Shown in pieces: positions 36,254 to 50,585 of a stretch of 64,000 bases of DNA (positions within the stretch are counted from its first letter, which is position 1; every line of letters begins with the position of its first letter). Source of the stretch: Dicyema japonicum (taxonomy: Eukaryota > Animalia > Dicyemida); assembly GCA_011109175.1 (NCBI GenBank), contig RDEW01000032.1:92404-156403 (forward strand). Reading direction: 5' to 3'. Position numbers and translations under genes: made by a program. Under the pieces are notes generated by a model. It was given only the letters and a program-made list of their open reading frames with translations, did not search any database and was not told the origin of the DNA.

Positions 36254-39200
36254 CTAAACTGAATCTGAAAAGAAGAAAGCGGCTCCTGAAAGACTCAGCA
36301 TCTTCCTGTCTTCTTTAGAACATTCGAATGGGATGGTGCAAACAACTTCATTCCTCGATCTATCCGAATAAAGCGGTATCCCGACTTCATTATCTTCCTT
36401 TAAACTAATTTTCTAATATATTTGTCACAATGGTCAACCTCCCAGTACATATAACAATCGGGGACTCTAGTCAAAATGGGCGACCCAGCTGAACACGTGG
36501 CAAAATTATTCCCCTCAAATAGACATCCTTCTAACTCCAGTCCAGTCACTCTAACGCTCAGATTTCTCCTATTATCCTTCCAATCACATCTGAAGTCCAG
36601 TAACTCCATGTCGATATTTTGAGCGCTAAAGTTAAATTCAAGGCAAACTTGGCCGTAAGCTGTCTCAACGAATTTATGAATGTTTTGGGGCGGAGAAGGT
36701 CACCCAAATTGATTGTAGTGGAAAGCAAAGTTCCACCGGCAGCTAATTTTAGCCAATTCTCTATTTTATAGGCTTTGTGCGATAGCGACGAAATGTACTT
36801 CAGAGGACCAATCGGTCCCTCCCACTGAGAGGACCATTTTTCAGGGACCTAAGCCTTAAGACTAACTGGAACAAACCACGTGGTTAATCAGTTCTAAGGC
36901 AATTTCCAAGGTTTCATTAGAAAGGACATTCTTGCCCTTTAAATATCCACTTAAAGAAGCAAAGTCCTCCTGAATATTCTGAACCAATTTGACCGCCTTG
37001 AAAAACTCAAACTCAATAAAATTATGAATCGGGGACTTTTCCGAGTTATATTCGATTATTTTAGTATCTCTGAGAAGCAGTCGTTTGTCCTAAACACGTG
37101 AACACAACAAGACTTTATGGCAGGCCTTCCACTGATTAAGAATTGGACCGATACTTGTATTGAGGATTTCTTTGTCGAAAATAACAGATTTTGTGTCAAG
37201 TCTAAACAACAGCTTCATTCTGGAGAGGAGATCCGTGTTTTTAAAGTTCTGCATTACTTTATCCATGTTGGCCGCCAAACCAAGCACTTGAGGAGTTTCA
37301 ACGTCGGGTAAGTTGTCTATGGCTTTAACAAATTCCTAGATTATAATACTAATAGAGCAACCCTATAGGAGCATTGGTTCGGAATCGTTAGAGGACCCAA
37401 CTTTTTGCCTCCACCGGAAGACAAGACACGTGGGTCAAAATATGTAAGGATACAATGCTTCAACGTCTTCAAATCGAACAAATTGTCAATTCTACCACCG
37501 TAAACGGCTACTTCTAATATTCCGTGAATAAACTCCCACGGAATAGTACCGGAATCTGAAAATGTAAAAAACTACGACCCTGGGCATAGCAGGTCATTCG
37601 TTCAATAACATCACAGCTAATTTTAAAGTCAGAATATGAGAATTCGTAGAATTTGCTCCATCCCTGGGGAATGAATCTCCGCCTTTCTTGGAGAACAGTG
37701 TGCAAGGTTATCAAAGCTAAGAGAGCAAACGAACGAGCGGGAGTTATTTGTGAGATACAACCCTGTGGAAGAGAGCTGATACACCGCATCATGTTATTCC
37801 TCATTCCTGGCGGAGCCTACGAATAATCGCCACGTGGACCTCGTAAGTAATTTTGAGACACAACTGCAGTAAGGAACTGGGGAAGTTATGATGTTGTTCC
37901 GTGGTCATAAAAAGACGGAAATCTGAATGTACATTCTTCAAAGATGTGAGGTCCTTTAATTCTCAAAAATGTAATACCTTTTCTAAAGAAGGCAACCATT
38001 GAGTCACAAGATGAAGATTCTTAAGGCAGACCCAATCTCCGCTTTCAGCCGCCTTGTGTAAGCAAGCCACTGCAATCTCACACTGCCCTTGTCCCAACGG
38101 AATCTGGTCAATTAGTACACCACAGAAAAACCTGGTGGTATTTCTCAGAGCCAATAACGCCTTCTGCCAATTCCAAGAGTTCCTCAGAAGGATCCGAGCC
38201 CGGGGATATTATAAATAATGTATGACTGGTCGACGTGGTCACCTGCTTGTATATTTCGCTAACATTCATAATGCCGGACGATAAATCAGGGATCCCTGGA
38301 ATATTTTGTAAGCTAAACCTATGGAAGTACTGACAAATTCACTGAGAGCAGTTTGAAGACGATCAGGTCTGAGTGCTTGAATTAGTAAGCATTTTTGAAA
38401 GGATGAGATTTTCTCGAGGTTGGGGAACTCCTTCTCACATTGTGGACTTGTATAAAATCGTCTCCACAGTCCTTCATCCTCCAATTTCAAGCAGGAGTAA
38501 AATTCAGGCAAAGTATCCTATTATTGCTTATTTCAGAGTACTTTCAATGTTCGAATCGACGGCCACCTATCTTTCTCAATCCAACTTGGACATTCACAGT
38601 CTTCGGAGATCTTAAAACTATCCACAATCTGATTGAACATCTCCCATTCCTTAAACGCTTAAAACACGCGTTTTACCGATTTCCCGAAAAATTCCGGATG
38701 AAGTGAGTGCACGTAATATAATCCAATGTCAAACGGTCTTCATTAAAGATAGAGCGGCACACGTGTTCATAAACGCTTCTCTTCAATGTCTCCGACAATA
38801 ATTCCTGATATGGCTTATAAAGCTGATTATATCCCCCAGAGCCTTTGTAGTTTCTCTAGAAGTTGGTTAGTAAACAGTACAGAACACTGCGAGAGAGATT
38901 TCTGAAATATTGAAAGGAATGCGTTTAAACTGAAATAATACATATTATTCAGTTTATAAAGGTCGTCCAGTAGGAAATATACCGAAACGCTAAATTCCGC
39001 AAATTCCGTGAAAATCGACCTCTCCTTTGAGTAGACTTGATGAAGTTGCTTGGACTCGCTCAATGCTTTGCTAATGACTTGACTGCTGCTCTTGATTTTA
39101 TTCAAGGACTCCAGTAGATCCAAATCCTCGAGGATATTTCCCTTGGATTTTGTTAAATTCTAATTCTAATCAATCTCTACCCCAATTAAAGAATCTTCGA

Positions 39201-42200
39201 GTTGGATCAACTCCAAAGACAAATGATTCTCAGATTCTACCAATTCTGCCAATTTCAGTCCAAGTTCTGGTTTTTCGTGTTTAATAGTAAGTTCCAGAAG
39301 CTAAGATATAATTTAACCAGTCACGTGGTTTGCAAGGCCTGCCTTGGAAGTAGAAAAATTAATAATCGACATGAAATCCTTCATATCAGGGTGGACTTTC
39401 AACTCGATACTCCTCGTGATGAAGAAGATTCTAAAGTTCTCATTATAGTCCAATATTTTGTCCCCCAGTTCAATGGTCTGGTGGAGACCTACAATCAATA
39501 ATTATTAGAAACCCTGGATTTTTACTTCCCGCCTTATAATTGGGTATAAAATCGGTCCAATTTCATCGGCTTCCAACACTGCCAACGTTTTGCCAAATCG
39601 TACGGCCAATTCAAGGGAAGTGATAAAATTAGAGTCCTTTCAGTGAGGAATTCAAATACCTGTTGTTGTATGAACTCTATCTTTGGATGAATGCCCTTTA
39701 ACCAAGAAATCGAACGCTGTGATGGATCAATCAAGTAAGGGATCAAAATAGCCTTGGAATAAATAGATCATCAACCTGAGATAGCATCAGTCCATTCTCA
39801 TCTAAAGACGTTTCTTGCAAAATTTTGTCACTCTCAGTTCCAATAAAAGAAGAAAAGTTAAACTCTTCAACATCTAAAGAGTCCATCCATGAGTTCAGGC
39901 ATGTTTTTCTCAGTTTTTCATTAGCTGGGGGCAAATAAGTCATATAAGCAGCAGCTAGAAGGGAGTGCATCTCCAACTTCGTAATTTCCTTGTTAATGTC
40001 GTCTATCTGAGTGATCCAACGATCGTTTTCTCCCTGTAATTTATCCATCAGAGTCATAGAAGCCTTGATGACTTTGTCTGACTTTTCGAGCTCTTCTTTT
40101 AGCTTAGAAGTTTCGTGGGTGAATGATTCAAAATTTCGACGAAGACTCAGGATTTTATCATCAACTGTCTCCAATTCTCCCTTGAGAGACTTTAATCTTC
40201 TTTGAGAGGCGTCAATATTCCTGAAATATAGCCCCTGAAATTACCGCTGAAGCTCTTTTTGCTCCTTCATCATGTCTATGATTGATTCGTAGACCTTAGC
40301 GTACTGAATAACCGCCTTCGTCCACTGTGCTAAGGGAGCAGCTGCTAGTGATGCTCGCTTGGCATTCTAGTAAGATTTGATAGGATAAATACATTTTCCG
40401 TGAAGGATTCTGAGCGTTGAGCTACAATCTTTTCGACATTCTTCCAATTTTCAGGGAGGATTTTAGAAATATCAGTCGATATCAAGTCTTCTTTTATCCC
40501 ACGTGTCCCAAGTACTCTAAATTTAGATTACTAATGTATTTACTTCTTCATACTATTCCACGATACATCCTGGATTCCGAGAAGTCGAAGAACACACTCC
40601 AAAATATCTCTAACAACATCAGGAGGGACACGTAAGGATTTTATCTCCGATAAGGAATCACTAGTTATCCCCTTTATTGAGGCGTTAGCCGCTTCAATTG
40701 TAGGCTGTACAGACGCCAGCTTTCTGTCGATTGGTTTTTTCTTTTCCTCAATTTTTTTAGTCTCGTCGACTATAAGGCGTTGTAATTCGGCAATTTCTTC
40801 CCTTTGCTTAGAGGTTTCCTTAGAATTAATCACCCATTCACCTGCATCGTCTGCGTGATGCTATTCAAGGCTTCGTCGGCATTTTTCTGTTTAATAGGAA
40901 GGAGCTTTGACTTTTCAGCAGCTTCTTTCTTCAACTGTTCAACTAATATTTTGGATTCCGAAAGTTTATTCAATCCACTCTAGCAATGAGAGAGAGGAAC
41001 ACCTGTAAACGAGCCAGCTTAGAAGACAAAATATCCTTCTTTTGGTTCAATATCTTATAGTAGGCTTTTATGAAGGTTATATATTTAAAAGGGAATATCT
41101 CAATCCCGTTAGACTGACATAAAAGATGGACATCGTAAAAATTGCCAGTCTCTTTGAAATCCTTAATTTTTGGAAGCACATAGGGCGGTTGAGTTGGGTT
41201 GTTAAGCTGATGAAGCAGATAAGCAGGGATCTGAGGTAAATAAAACTAAGACCTTTCTCATAGTTTCTGTTTTCCAAGATTGTTGCCAGATTACGTTGCA
41301 ATCCGTGAAGAATACGGGATTGTTTTTCAAAATATCCGAGAAATTATCGGCCTTGTCATTCAAAAGTAGAATCACGTGCAAATTCATTCGGACCCCTTAA
41401 AATTAAATGGCAGCAGACTAGTAACGAAGAATTCATGCAGTGAGCCTTCAAAGTTTGCGTCAGAACACGTGTCTTTTAGTGAAGAGATCAACGATTCGAG
41501 TTCTCCCTTTTTATACAAATCAGGAATTTCTCCACAGGCGAGAAAATTGTTGACCATCTCATAAAAGGAGAGACTTTTCAACTGATGGTCCTTCAGTAAG
41601 AGTACTACCTCCTCTCCATCCACACCAGCACATTGTATAGCCTGGAATATCCACAAAGTCAAACCGTTTTTAAATAATCTTTAAAATGCTTCATTCGATA
41701 GTCCCTGTTTATTTTGGGAGTGATAACCTTCATTTGTTGTAGGAAAGAAGTCAAAAGAACTGCAGAAGTTCTTCCAAGTCCACTGCTTCCAATAAAAATT
41801 GCTGACCCACGTGGCTGAGTTAATATACGGTCTAGTCTGACTACATTTTCGATAAAATCATCAATGGGAATAATCCTTATGTCAGTTACCTCACGTGCTG
41901 AGATAACTAAACAAAATACCGTAGTTTTTAAGACCAGTAGAAATTATCAACGATATGTCCTCACTAGTGACTTCTGTGAGACCCTTCAAGTTGTTTGGTG
42001 ACTGGCTTAGAGAAGTGAAGATTACTAAAAATAAAAAGCTCAGCAACCATCAGTCAAGTCAGTCAAAGAATAATCCCAGTTGGATTTTATTTTCGCGCTT
42101 AAAATTCCGTTAAATTTTAATAGCAAATCAGAATCGCCTATTCGGTCCCGGAATGATCTCAAAATTTCGTTCACCAAGATTTTCAAAATCTAAGTTCAAA

Positions 42201-45200
42201 TCGGGTTCATTACATATTTCTGGTTTGATTTGCCGTCAAAATAATATTTTTCTAACCCGCAGATAATTGACTGATATTTTTAGAATTTATCGCAAATCGA
42301 GAAACTTCAACGTTAAAAGTGTTTTTCAGCTACAATTAACTTAAACTCAACTTCAAAGAAAAATTCAACCAAAAAATCGGTCAATTGGAAAATTTTGCTT
42401 TCAGAAACTTCAGTAGGACTAACAGATTTACTTTTCAGGACCGAAGACAAAAGGATAGAAAATATCTTTTTCATTTCGTGCTCATCAAGAGGCCTTGGAG
42501 TAAACAAGACAATTCTTACTCAATGTAGCAAATAGGGATCTCCGAAGTGAACCTGTCTGACAGCTGGTATCTCCCAGGCGCTGATTCTCCCGTAATCGCA
42601 CAGACAAACTGAATTCCTTCCAATAAGACAAATTCAAGGTTGGAATCATAAAATCCATTATAAGTGAAGACCTTGAATAAATATTAAATAGACTTGTTGA
42701 AGAAATGATATCAGTTGGGTGGTACCCCATTTATCAGGCTTACAAAAGTCGACATTTTTAAGATAGAAAACAATCCTCTCGCAATCCTTTGGCTTATACA
42801 CCCTTCCAGTTGTCGTCGTCATTATAATACAAAACTGGGAAAGACGTTGTATTATGTGCTCCGGGCTGGTTTGAGTACTGCAGTATAGAGTAGTCATGAA
42901 AACAGATCTCAGATCACTACAACACTTATTTAGCATTAATCTGCAGGTTTTATTAAAAATTACGTTTTTCCGCTCCCAGAAGGCCCTACCAGTATAAAGT
43001 TGTGTAAATTATAAGAATTCAGGTATTTTTTGAAGAATCCTATCTTTCGCTGTGCGGATGCAGTGTTTATAAAAGGAACAGTTAATGTACCGACGAAGTC
43101 TTCATCGATCTAAAATATATTTGGAGAAGACTAACATTATCTATGTATGGTTTAAGGTTTTTCCCATCAAAGTAATAATTGGTTGGATCCCCTGAAGGTT
43201 CTGGCTCTCCAATCAGCTCGTAAACCTTAAATAGGCTGAAATTAACATACATGTTTGGCAAGACGTTGACGGTAAATTTTATCGCCGTTACTACCGAATC
43301 CGTGAATCAAGGCAATTCCGAACTCAGTCAAAGCGTCAACTCCTTTCAAATTGGATAAGCCGTTGTTAACAAATCCCACTGTACTGACCTCAATAACTAA
43401 CTTCCTCTTAAAATCCCATAAAATGAACTTACATGTTCAAAAGACCACTGAAGGACTTTATAAAAATAATCTTTTATCCATTCTGACAAATTTTCATTAT
43501 CAGAAGAGAACCGTCTGATCCATGAAGTCAGAGAGAATCAACATTGACGGATTCATCACTAAATAAAAAAAGTTTAAAACCTAATATAAACAACCCCCAA
43601 ACGTGAGATTGTTGCTGGTGAAGCATTTCCAAGGTGATGAGTCTCGAAAATGAAATTTACGTTGTTCCCAAATTTTAGTCTTTCTCCAGAAGGTAAGGTT
43701 AGCAGATGATTGTCATCAAGTACCGAATTCAACGATTCAATCCATTCAGGATCAATATCGCCGTCACAGACAACAAAGGAAAAGACATCGGCTGATTCCT
43801 TAACGACCTGACGTGCAGCATATGTTATGATCCCATCAGTCCATTCCCTTGTGTCATAATCTATACTTCCCAACAGCTACAAAGTTAATCATTTTCTTAC
43901 CTGTGCCTTCGATATAGCTTTTGGGTTCATCGTATAAAGTCTTACTGTCTTGTTAGCTTTAATTAGAGCACTTCTCAGTATTTTCCATAAGGTTGATTTC
44001 CCTGATCCACTGGGACCGAATATGACCACTCCGATTCGTTGTTGAATTTGTTCATAAAGCTCAAATACTTTCTGAATCTAAATACGTGTTTCTTAGGAAC
44101 GACCTGTTTGGGGGACTCTGTAAGGTTCATTTCTCTGTAGCTTTGCTTAATAAAGTCATAGAGATAATTTTCGAATGTGTTTGATAACTGAATATCCTGG
44201 AAAACACTTTTGATTAAGTCGTCGAATATTAGCGAGTCGTAATGAGTTAGCTTTGAAAGAGTATTGATCCTTAAAGCCTTTACTACAATATCAAATTCAT
44301 CGGTTTTTTTATTTTCTAAATAAATTTATATTTTGAACCACTTTGGATCATTCTACCCGAGCTTTTCAAAACAGTCTTTAATGCTCGAAGTCCCCAGTCA
44401 TAGTGTTGTTGGGAGGTTAGTAAATCCCTAAAAATTAGGCTTCTAGTACTTGGCTGCTGAAAAAATTGAGACGAGCTTTTTTCCTATGGCCTTTGCTTCA
44501 GTAAATCCCTCGGAGAATAAAATAACTTCTGCAATAAGTTCATTGTCTGGTTTAGACATGACGACCGGACGGAATAGCTGCTTCAAATTATCAGGCAGTT
44601 TCTGACGACCTCCATATCCTTTACAGGCAGGATTCAGCGTGATAAAAATATTGGAGTTGAAATTTACACTAATCTGTTAGATAAATTATTCGACTGACAT
44701 TTCTTCCGAGAAGTTGGACGGTTTTATGTCGAAATTTAACCGCCTGCTGGATGATTTGAATGTGCATAGAAAGGATTGAAAGAACAGACTCTTCCAGGCG
44801 GTTAAATTCATCAAAGCATCCCCAAGCACCGCATTTTAAGAGACCGACGAAAATCCTCTCCATTGACTTTACATCGATTCCCTAATCATTATAAAAAGCT
44901 AAGTGACCTCATCACAGTTAAAGACAAGAACTTGTCTTCCTAAAATAGCGCCGAGAGCTTTAACCGACTCCGTTTTGCCCGTTCCGGCAGGTCCATACGG
45001 ATTTCCTCCCAATCCAGATACCATGGCTATGATTTATACAAAATAATGTGAACCCTGAGTTAGAGTGAGAAAGCATTTGTCCGTGAGTGGGGTATGAACC
45101 AGTTTCGGGGTATTTCCCTGATATTCGTATGAGTAATTTATATTAGAGTCCACCATCTTATAAAATATATCGCCCTTGTCAGAATAAGCTCTATTTGTGT

Positions 45201-48200
45201 TTAACACTGAGCATACCGAATTTGCTTCTGCCAATTCCAGTCGTTAATTCCACGGACTTTATCACTAATCAGCTGAGTGACCAGATTCATATTATGAACA
45301 CTGTCGAGAATGCAGTCTTTCAATTTTAGAATCAGGACTTGATCTTTGATCTTAGTTTTCTGCGCATCGCAGTAGTTTTTCAGTTGATTCTGAACTTCCC
45401 TTTTGAGCCCTTCTAGTGATCCTCCCATTATAGCCTTCTCACATTTCGCAGTAAACTGGATTGCCTCAACAAGGGAGAGGATCTTGGCTACAATCACTGA
45501 TTTACCTGCGCCGGGTAGTCATTCGGATTTATTTGACGAGTCTTATACTGCTTAATAGCATCATTCGCGAGATTTGATAGAGTTTTTACCATTTCTTTGG
45601 ATAATTTCATTAGCCAGTCCTTTAGTCAGAAACAGACAAACTTCAATTGAGTTTGTGATAGTAATTGGACAGGTCAAAGTGACTCGTTCACCTTCCAATG
45701 ATTGGATGGCAGTAATCATGTCTTGTTTTTCGTTAAATTCCACGGAATAAATTCCAGCAAATAACTTGTTGAGGTGATCTTGGATGACTGAGGGTTTTGT
45801 CGATTGGCCAATGATCTCTAGTAAATTTTCATCCCCAATAAAATAAAATCTTGGAAAATTTAATCGTTTCTCCTTAGAATTAAAGACTAAATAAACTTCG
45901 AGGTAATCATTCAAGGCTTTTTGACAGCGATAAAGCTGATCAGAAGCATTCTCTAGCTGAGTTTGGATGCCGGATCTGTTTAATAAAGAAACAACTCGAT
46001 TATCCCCATATATATCGCCCAAAATAACCCTAAAGTCAATTAGCGTAAAAACTTGAAGTCGTTGTTTGTTTTATTGAATCTTGACTGCTGAGGGAGACAA
46101 CCCTTCCCAAATATGGGCTCTAAGTGAACCCATTTTCTTTGAACAGTATTGAGCACATGCAGCAAAATATCCAACTGTCCCAGTTTTTGCTCCCAAACTG
46201 AGATTTTGTCTTCAAATAGATTATAATAAAGGAGTTCTTTGAGTGATTGGACCATCAGCTGGTTGTCTCCAATCTGAAATTAGATAAAAATCTTACGCAT
46301 GTCAGCAGTTCCTTCCACTCTTTTATGATAGATACGATTGAGTTGTCTGTTGTGGTGTAATTTGTCAAAAAAAGCGTGCAACTCAATCTCCAAATGTCAA
46401 GTTACCTCAAAGCTATTCTTATGGTAACCTCTCCTTTGGCTTTTTTGCTGAGTTCCTGTAAAATGAATGTTTTCAGAACCTTCAAATTCTCAATTTGGTA
46501 CAAAATTTAATTTGTGCTGTTTATATGGTCTCCGAGTAAAGGTTTTTGAATTGTCATGTCTTTCGTGAGTTTTATGAGGGTAAACAGCTCAATCCATAGA
46601 TCAATGTCATGTCTTCTCCAACAAACCATTTAAAGTATGGAATCGATTACTAAAATCCTAGAAAATACTACAAACTTTTAATTTGTCAATTTTCTTGGTT
46701 AATTTGATATTTACTGCCGACTTCTTCTCTTTAGCTTGTCGTTTACTCCACGAGTCGATTAGATCGGCAAATTCATCAGGATTTGTCCTATATATTAATT
46801 CGACAACCAAACCTGAATGAAATTCAATCTTCAGATTCCAATTTCTCCATTTCGAAAGATAATTCCAGTACTGTCTTCCAATTTAACTGTTTTTTACTAA
46901 TTCTTGCAACGGTAGTATCGATTTCTGGTCGAAGCGAATCCTTCATGTCATGAGATTTAAAATTTCGTTTTTGTATCGAAATTGAAAGAATTACATCAAA
47001 GATTTTAATTCCGCTAATATTTCGTTAAAATCTCTTTTCTGGTTGATTATTTGAACAGCCTTTGCTCTGAGTTGTGCGAGATCACAGTCCAAATGGAAAT
47101 CCTTAGGCATTAAATGCTTCCATCTGGATTTCAATTTTAGATTTTTTGTTATTAAGGATAATATCGGTCGACCAATTTTTTTAATAATTTTGAATGTTGA
47201 TTTAAATGTGTCAAATTTACTTGATTTTTCAACATTTTATCAAAGTTTGTTAACGTCTCATCAAATTTTTCAAATTTACTCCTTGCCGTGGTCACTGCTG
47301 ATATTCCCTTTCCGGCAACAATTTTCAACAGTTTATTCTTTCTTTCAACAAAATTTATCTCATTTCGCAACTGCGGCTAAGTATTACAGAATCTTACCGA
47401 ATCGCACTCTTTAATCCATTCCTTATGTTTCTTCGAATATTGAGCAACCTCGTCTGAATTTTGTGGCTTCTTTTCTAGCGAGGCTCGAGCCGGCTGAAAG
47501 ATTGTCACTAAATTTTTTATTTGTCGCGTGAATTGACTGCGACAAGGAAGAAACCAAAGCTTCAAAATATCTCTCCAGCAAGTCATCAATGCTTGCCTTC
47601 ATTAAAATTGTATTTATAAGAATACAGTCCACTTTAATCTCACTTGAATTAAAAACTGATAAACTTTTGAATTCTTTCAGCTTCCCGCCCTTTAGTTTTC
47701 AATTCGCGGAAATTTTCTTCAAATTCTGAAATTTCTGAGACGTTTTGATTCACAAATTCTTGCAGATCGACAGTGCTGAGTACAAACCAAGGCTGGGAAT
47801 TAATAAATCTCAGACTCTAAAATCTTGAATAATCTCCCCAAGTTTAGCGAAAATAACTTGTACTTTGTAATATACGTATTTTAATCTCTCAACGTTTAAA
47901 TATATCATTTTTAGAAAAATTTGGTTTGGCTTTCCCCCACTGACTCCCCAAAAATGTTTTGGGAGCATTATAAATTTCTTTATCTCATTTATAAAAGCCA
48001 CTCTAATTTCTTCTTAAGACAGTTTGAATTGAAGCTTATTTTGTCTAAAGTAAGTCAGTTCGCAGCCGGAAGATCAAATCCGCTTTAACAGTGGGAAAAT
48101 CATTATGGAACATTTCAAGCCCAGTCTGAAACTGAAATTCAAAAGCTTTGTATAACTGAGGGTCCCAGTGGTTCCTCCAACCTCTCATATCTTCGGGGGA

Positions 48201-50585
48201 GTATCCCTGGATATATATTTGATTCTACCTGAGCTTCTACTGAGGAAAATATCTGACGAATAATGACCATCTCACTCTTCCACTTCTCTTGGCTTCTTAG
48301 TAAATCCACATTAAATAAGTTGACCACCTATTAGTGAGTGGAATTGAGATCAACCTTATCAATTAGTTGCACGTGGATGGACCTGAGGTGTCTATTTTCC
48401 TGCGAGAGGCGTTCAGAAATATCCTTCAGTTTCTTTACGTAAGTATCGAGGTCTCTTGTGTTTTCCCACGTTAGTTCCACGTGTCCACCTATTTGTTAGC
48501 CTTAATTACACCTTGACTTTGATTGCGGACTATTTTTTCAAACGCATGTGCAGTACAAATCATTAGTGGTTTCTGACTGGCAATCATTTGGCGGTCAATA
48601 GAATTGTAGAAATGGGCGACTTTCCTCAGGGATATTCCGTAGTTGTAGTATTTATTGCCTTCGTTGACAATATCCACTATTTTTGAAGGAATTTCAAATC
48701 CCAAAGCCGAAAGATGCCGGACCTCTTCTATGAGAACCACCAGTTCATCGCTGTAGCTTACAGTTAATTTATCATTTTTATAATCCATCGTCATTATTTT
48801 ACCAGTAATGATCAATCTGGTAATTAAGGCAAAAATCACTTGCTGTCGTACAAATTGGCTCGATTTATCACGTCCTCGCACCAGTCGTTGTACTGGTCAA
48901 GTTTCAAGGTGCTTAGTTGAGATTGTAAGTCATTCAACGTCGTAATAAACTCAGAAAAGCCGTTAATTTCCCTCAAAATAGAATTTCCAATACTGATATA
49001 TTCGTTGACCTAAAATTAATACATATTCTTGCTTTATGTTGCTTCTGAATAATCCACGTAATGTAGTTGATAAACTGGGATCTATGAATTATCTGAGGAG
49101 GATCTTTTCTATTGGCGATGACGTCATAAAATTCTTCCTTTAGCTGCCTCACATGAATTTTGAGCTGAGCAAATAGACTTTCTCTAAGAACGTTAATCAT
49201 TCCAAACCTTTCGTCAATCAACCTATCCTTGATTTGGGGCTTAGCGAGCAGATCTCTAAATTGTACGATGTGGCTCAAAAACTTATGTTAGAACATAACA
49301 ACAAACCTGGTTCGGATTTTTGTTGAATTTTGTAAAATATTTCTTCAAATTTTCAACACAATCAGGAAGCAATTTCTCAATAATCTTATTGTACTGAACT
49401 AGAGCTTTTTTCCATTCAGAAAGAGAATATAAATTCGACTGAAAAGCGTTAACATCTTTAATTAACTACTTGCATACGTTTAAATGATTTGAAAATATCT
49501 TCATCACCACAAAAACCTGAACTGTTATTCCCGGCAATTTTTATTAATTGTTCGCCACATATTTTAATATTTTTAATCTAATTAAATTAACAATAATTTA
49601 CCTCTTCAATTCTTTTAGTTAATTCTATCATCATATAAGGTTTAAATTCAGTGCCTTTCCATGTATGAGAGGCTAATCTTGGCCAAAAGTTTTTAGTCTG
49701 GGATGTGCACAATTCTCCAAACCGTCCAGTGATTTTTTCGGTTTCTACAAGAATTTCAATTGCTTTGGAAAACGGGAGATCCCAAATGTTTTCTTTTGCC
49801 AATAATACTTGCAGTTGAGTAGAAATTGAGCTGTCAAATACAAGCAAAAAATGCTCCATTCGCTCTTCGGGATAAGGTTGGGTCTCATTTTGTTTCCACA
49901 AATCATCAAGGACGTCAAAACATACTTCAATAACTTCTTCAAAGTCCGAGATCTCTAATCCTTCCATTTCACTCAATTGCCTTCTCAGAGGCTCAAATAA
50001 TCGTCCGTAAACTTTTCCTTTGAGAGATTCAGATTTGTCCGATTTTGAAATCACGAGACTCCAATATTCGAATTCATCATTTGGAGTTAAAATATCTTAA
50101 TATTGAAAAAAAAGTACAGCTGTAGTTATGACCCCCTGAAGTTGATCTCTTAAGCCAATTTTGAAGTCCGGAATCAAGTTGGGTTAAAATATTTTGAAGA
50201 GTCGAATCGATTTTTATTTTGTTCGAATTTAATAAAGGACCGTATAACTGATGAATTGCATAGTAGAAAGACTTCTCGGGAGAAGACGTCAATGATGTCA
50301 TCAAAATTTTATTTCGCACGTTCTTATCCTCAAATACTGGAATTTTAAAAAAGGCCAAAGTATTTTTAGCTGATTTTTCTTCGCTAAGCTAAATTATACA
50401 ATCAAATGTTGTTTTACTTTGAGACTCATCGCTACTGTATTCGATTCTTTCTGGCAATACAAAATAGCACTTGTCTCGCTCAAAAATTGTAATATAACAT
50501 TCAGGTTTTCTTGATTTAGTGAATTTTCTGGACAATTGAAATAATTTGTTGCTGTGGAAAATATAGAGTCCTTATTTTCTTCCAT
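36254..50585 (-). pseudogene. DYNC2H1: Cytoplasmic dynein-2 heavy chain (retrograde IFT motor), full length, disrupted
   Basis: ATG 50585 to TAG 36254. Dynein-2-type segments ([77 protein letters not shown]) joined by dozens of 21-29-nt introns. In-frame stops at 48014-16, 46824-26, 46507-09, 46402-04; frameshifts near 47490, 46600, 43530, 42253, 38725. Confidence 0.88.

Noticed and set aside
36254-50585. Stop-codon reassignment explaining the in-frame TAA/TAG/TGA
   Set aside because: The stops fall at positions needing different residues (Trp, Glu, Leu/Phe), all three stop types occur, frameshifts co-occur, long exons have no stops, and TAA/TAG/TGA terminate intact genes.
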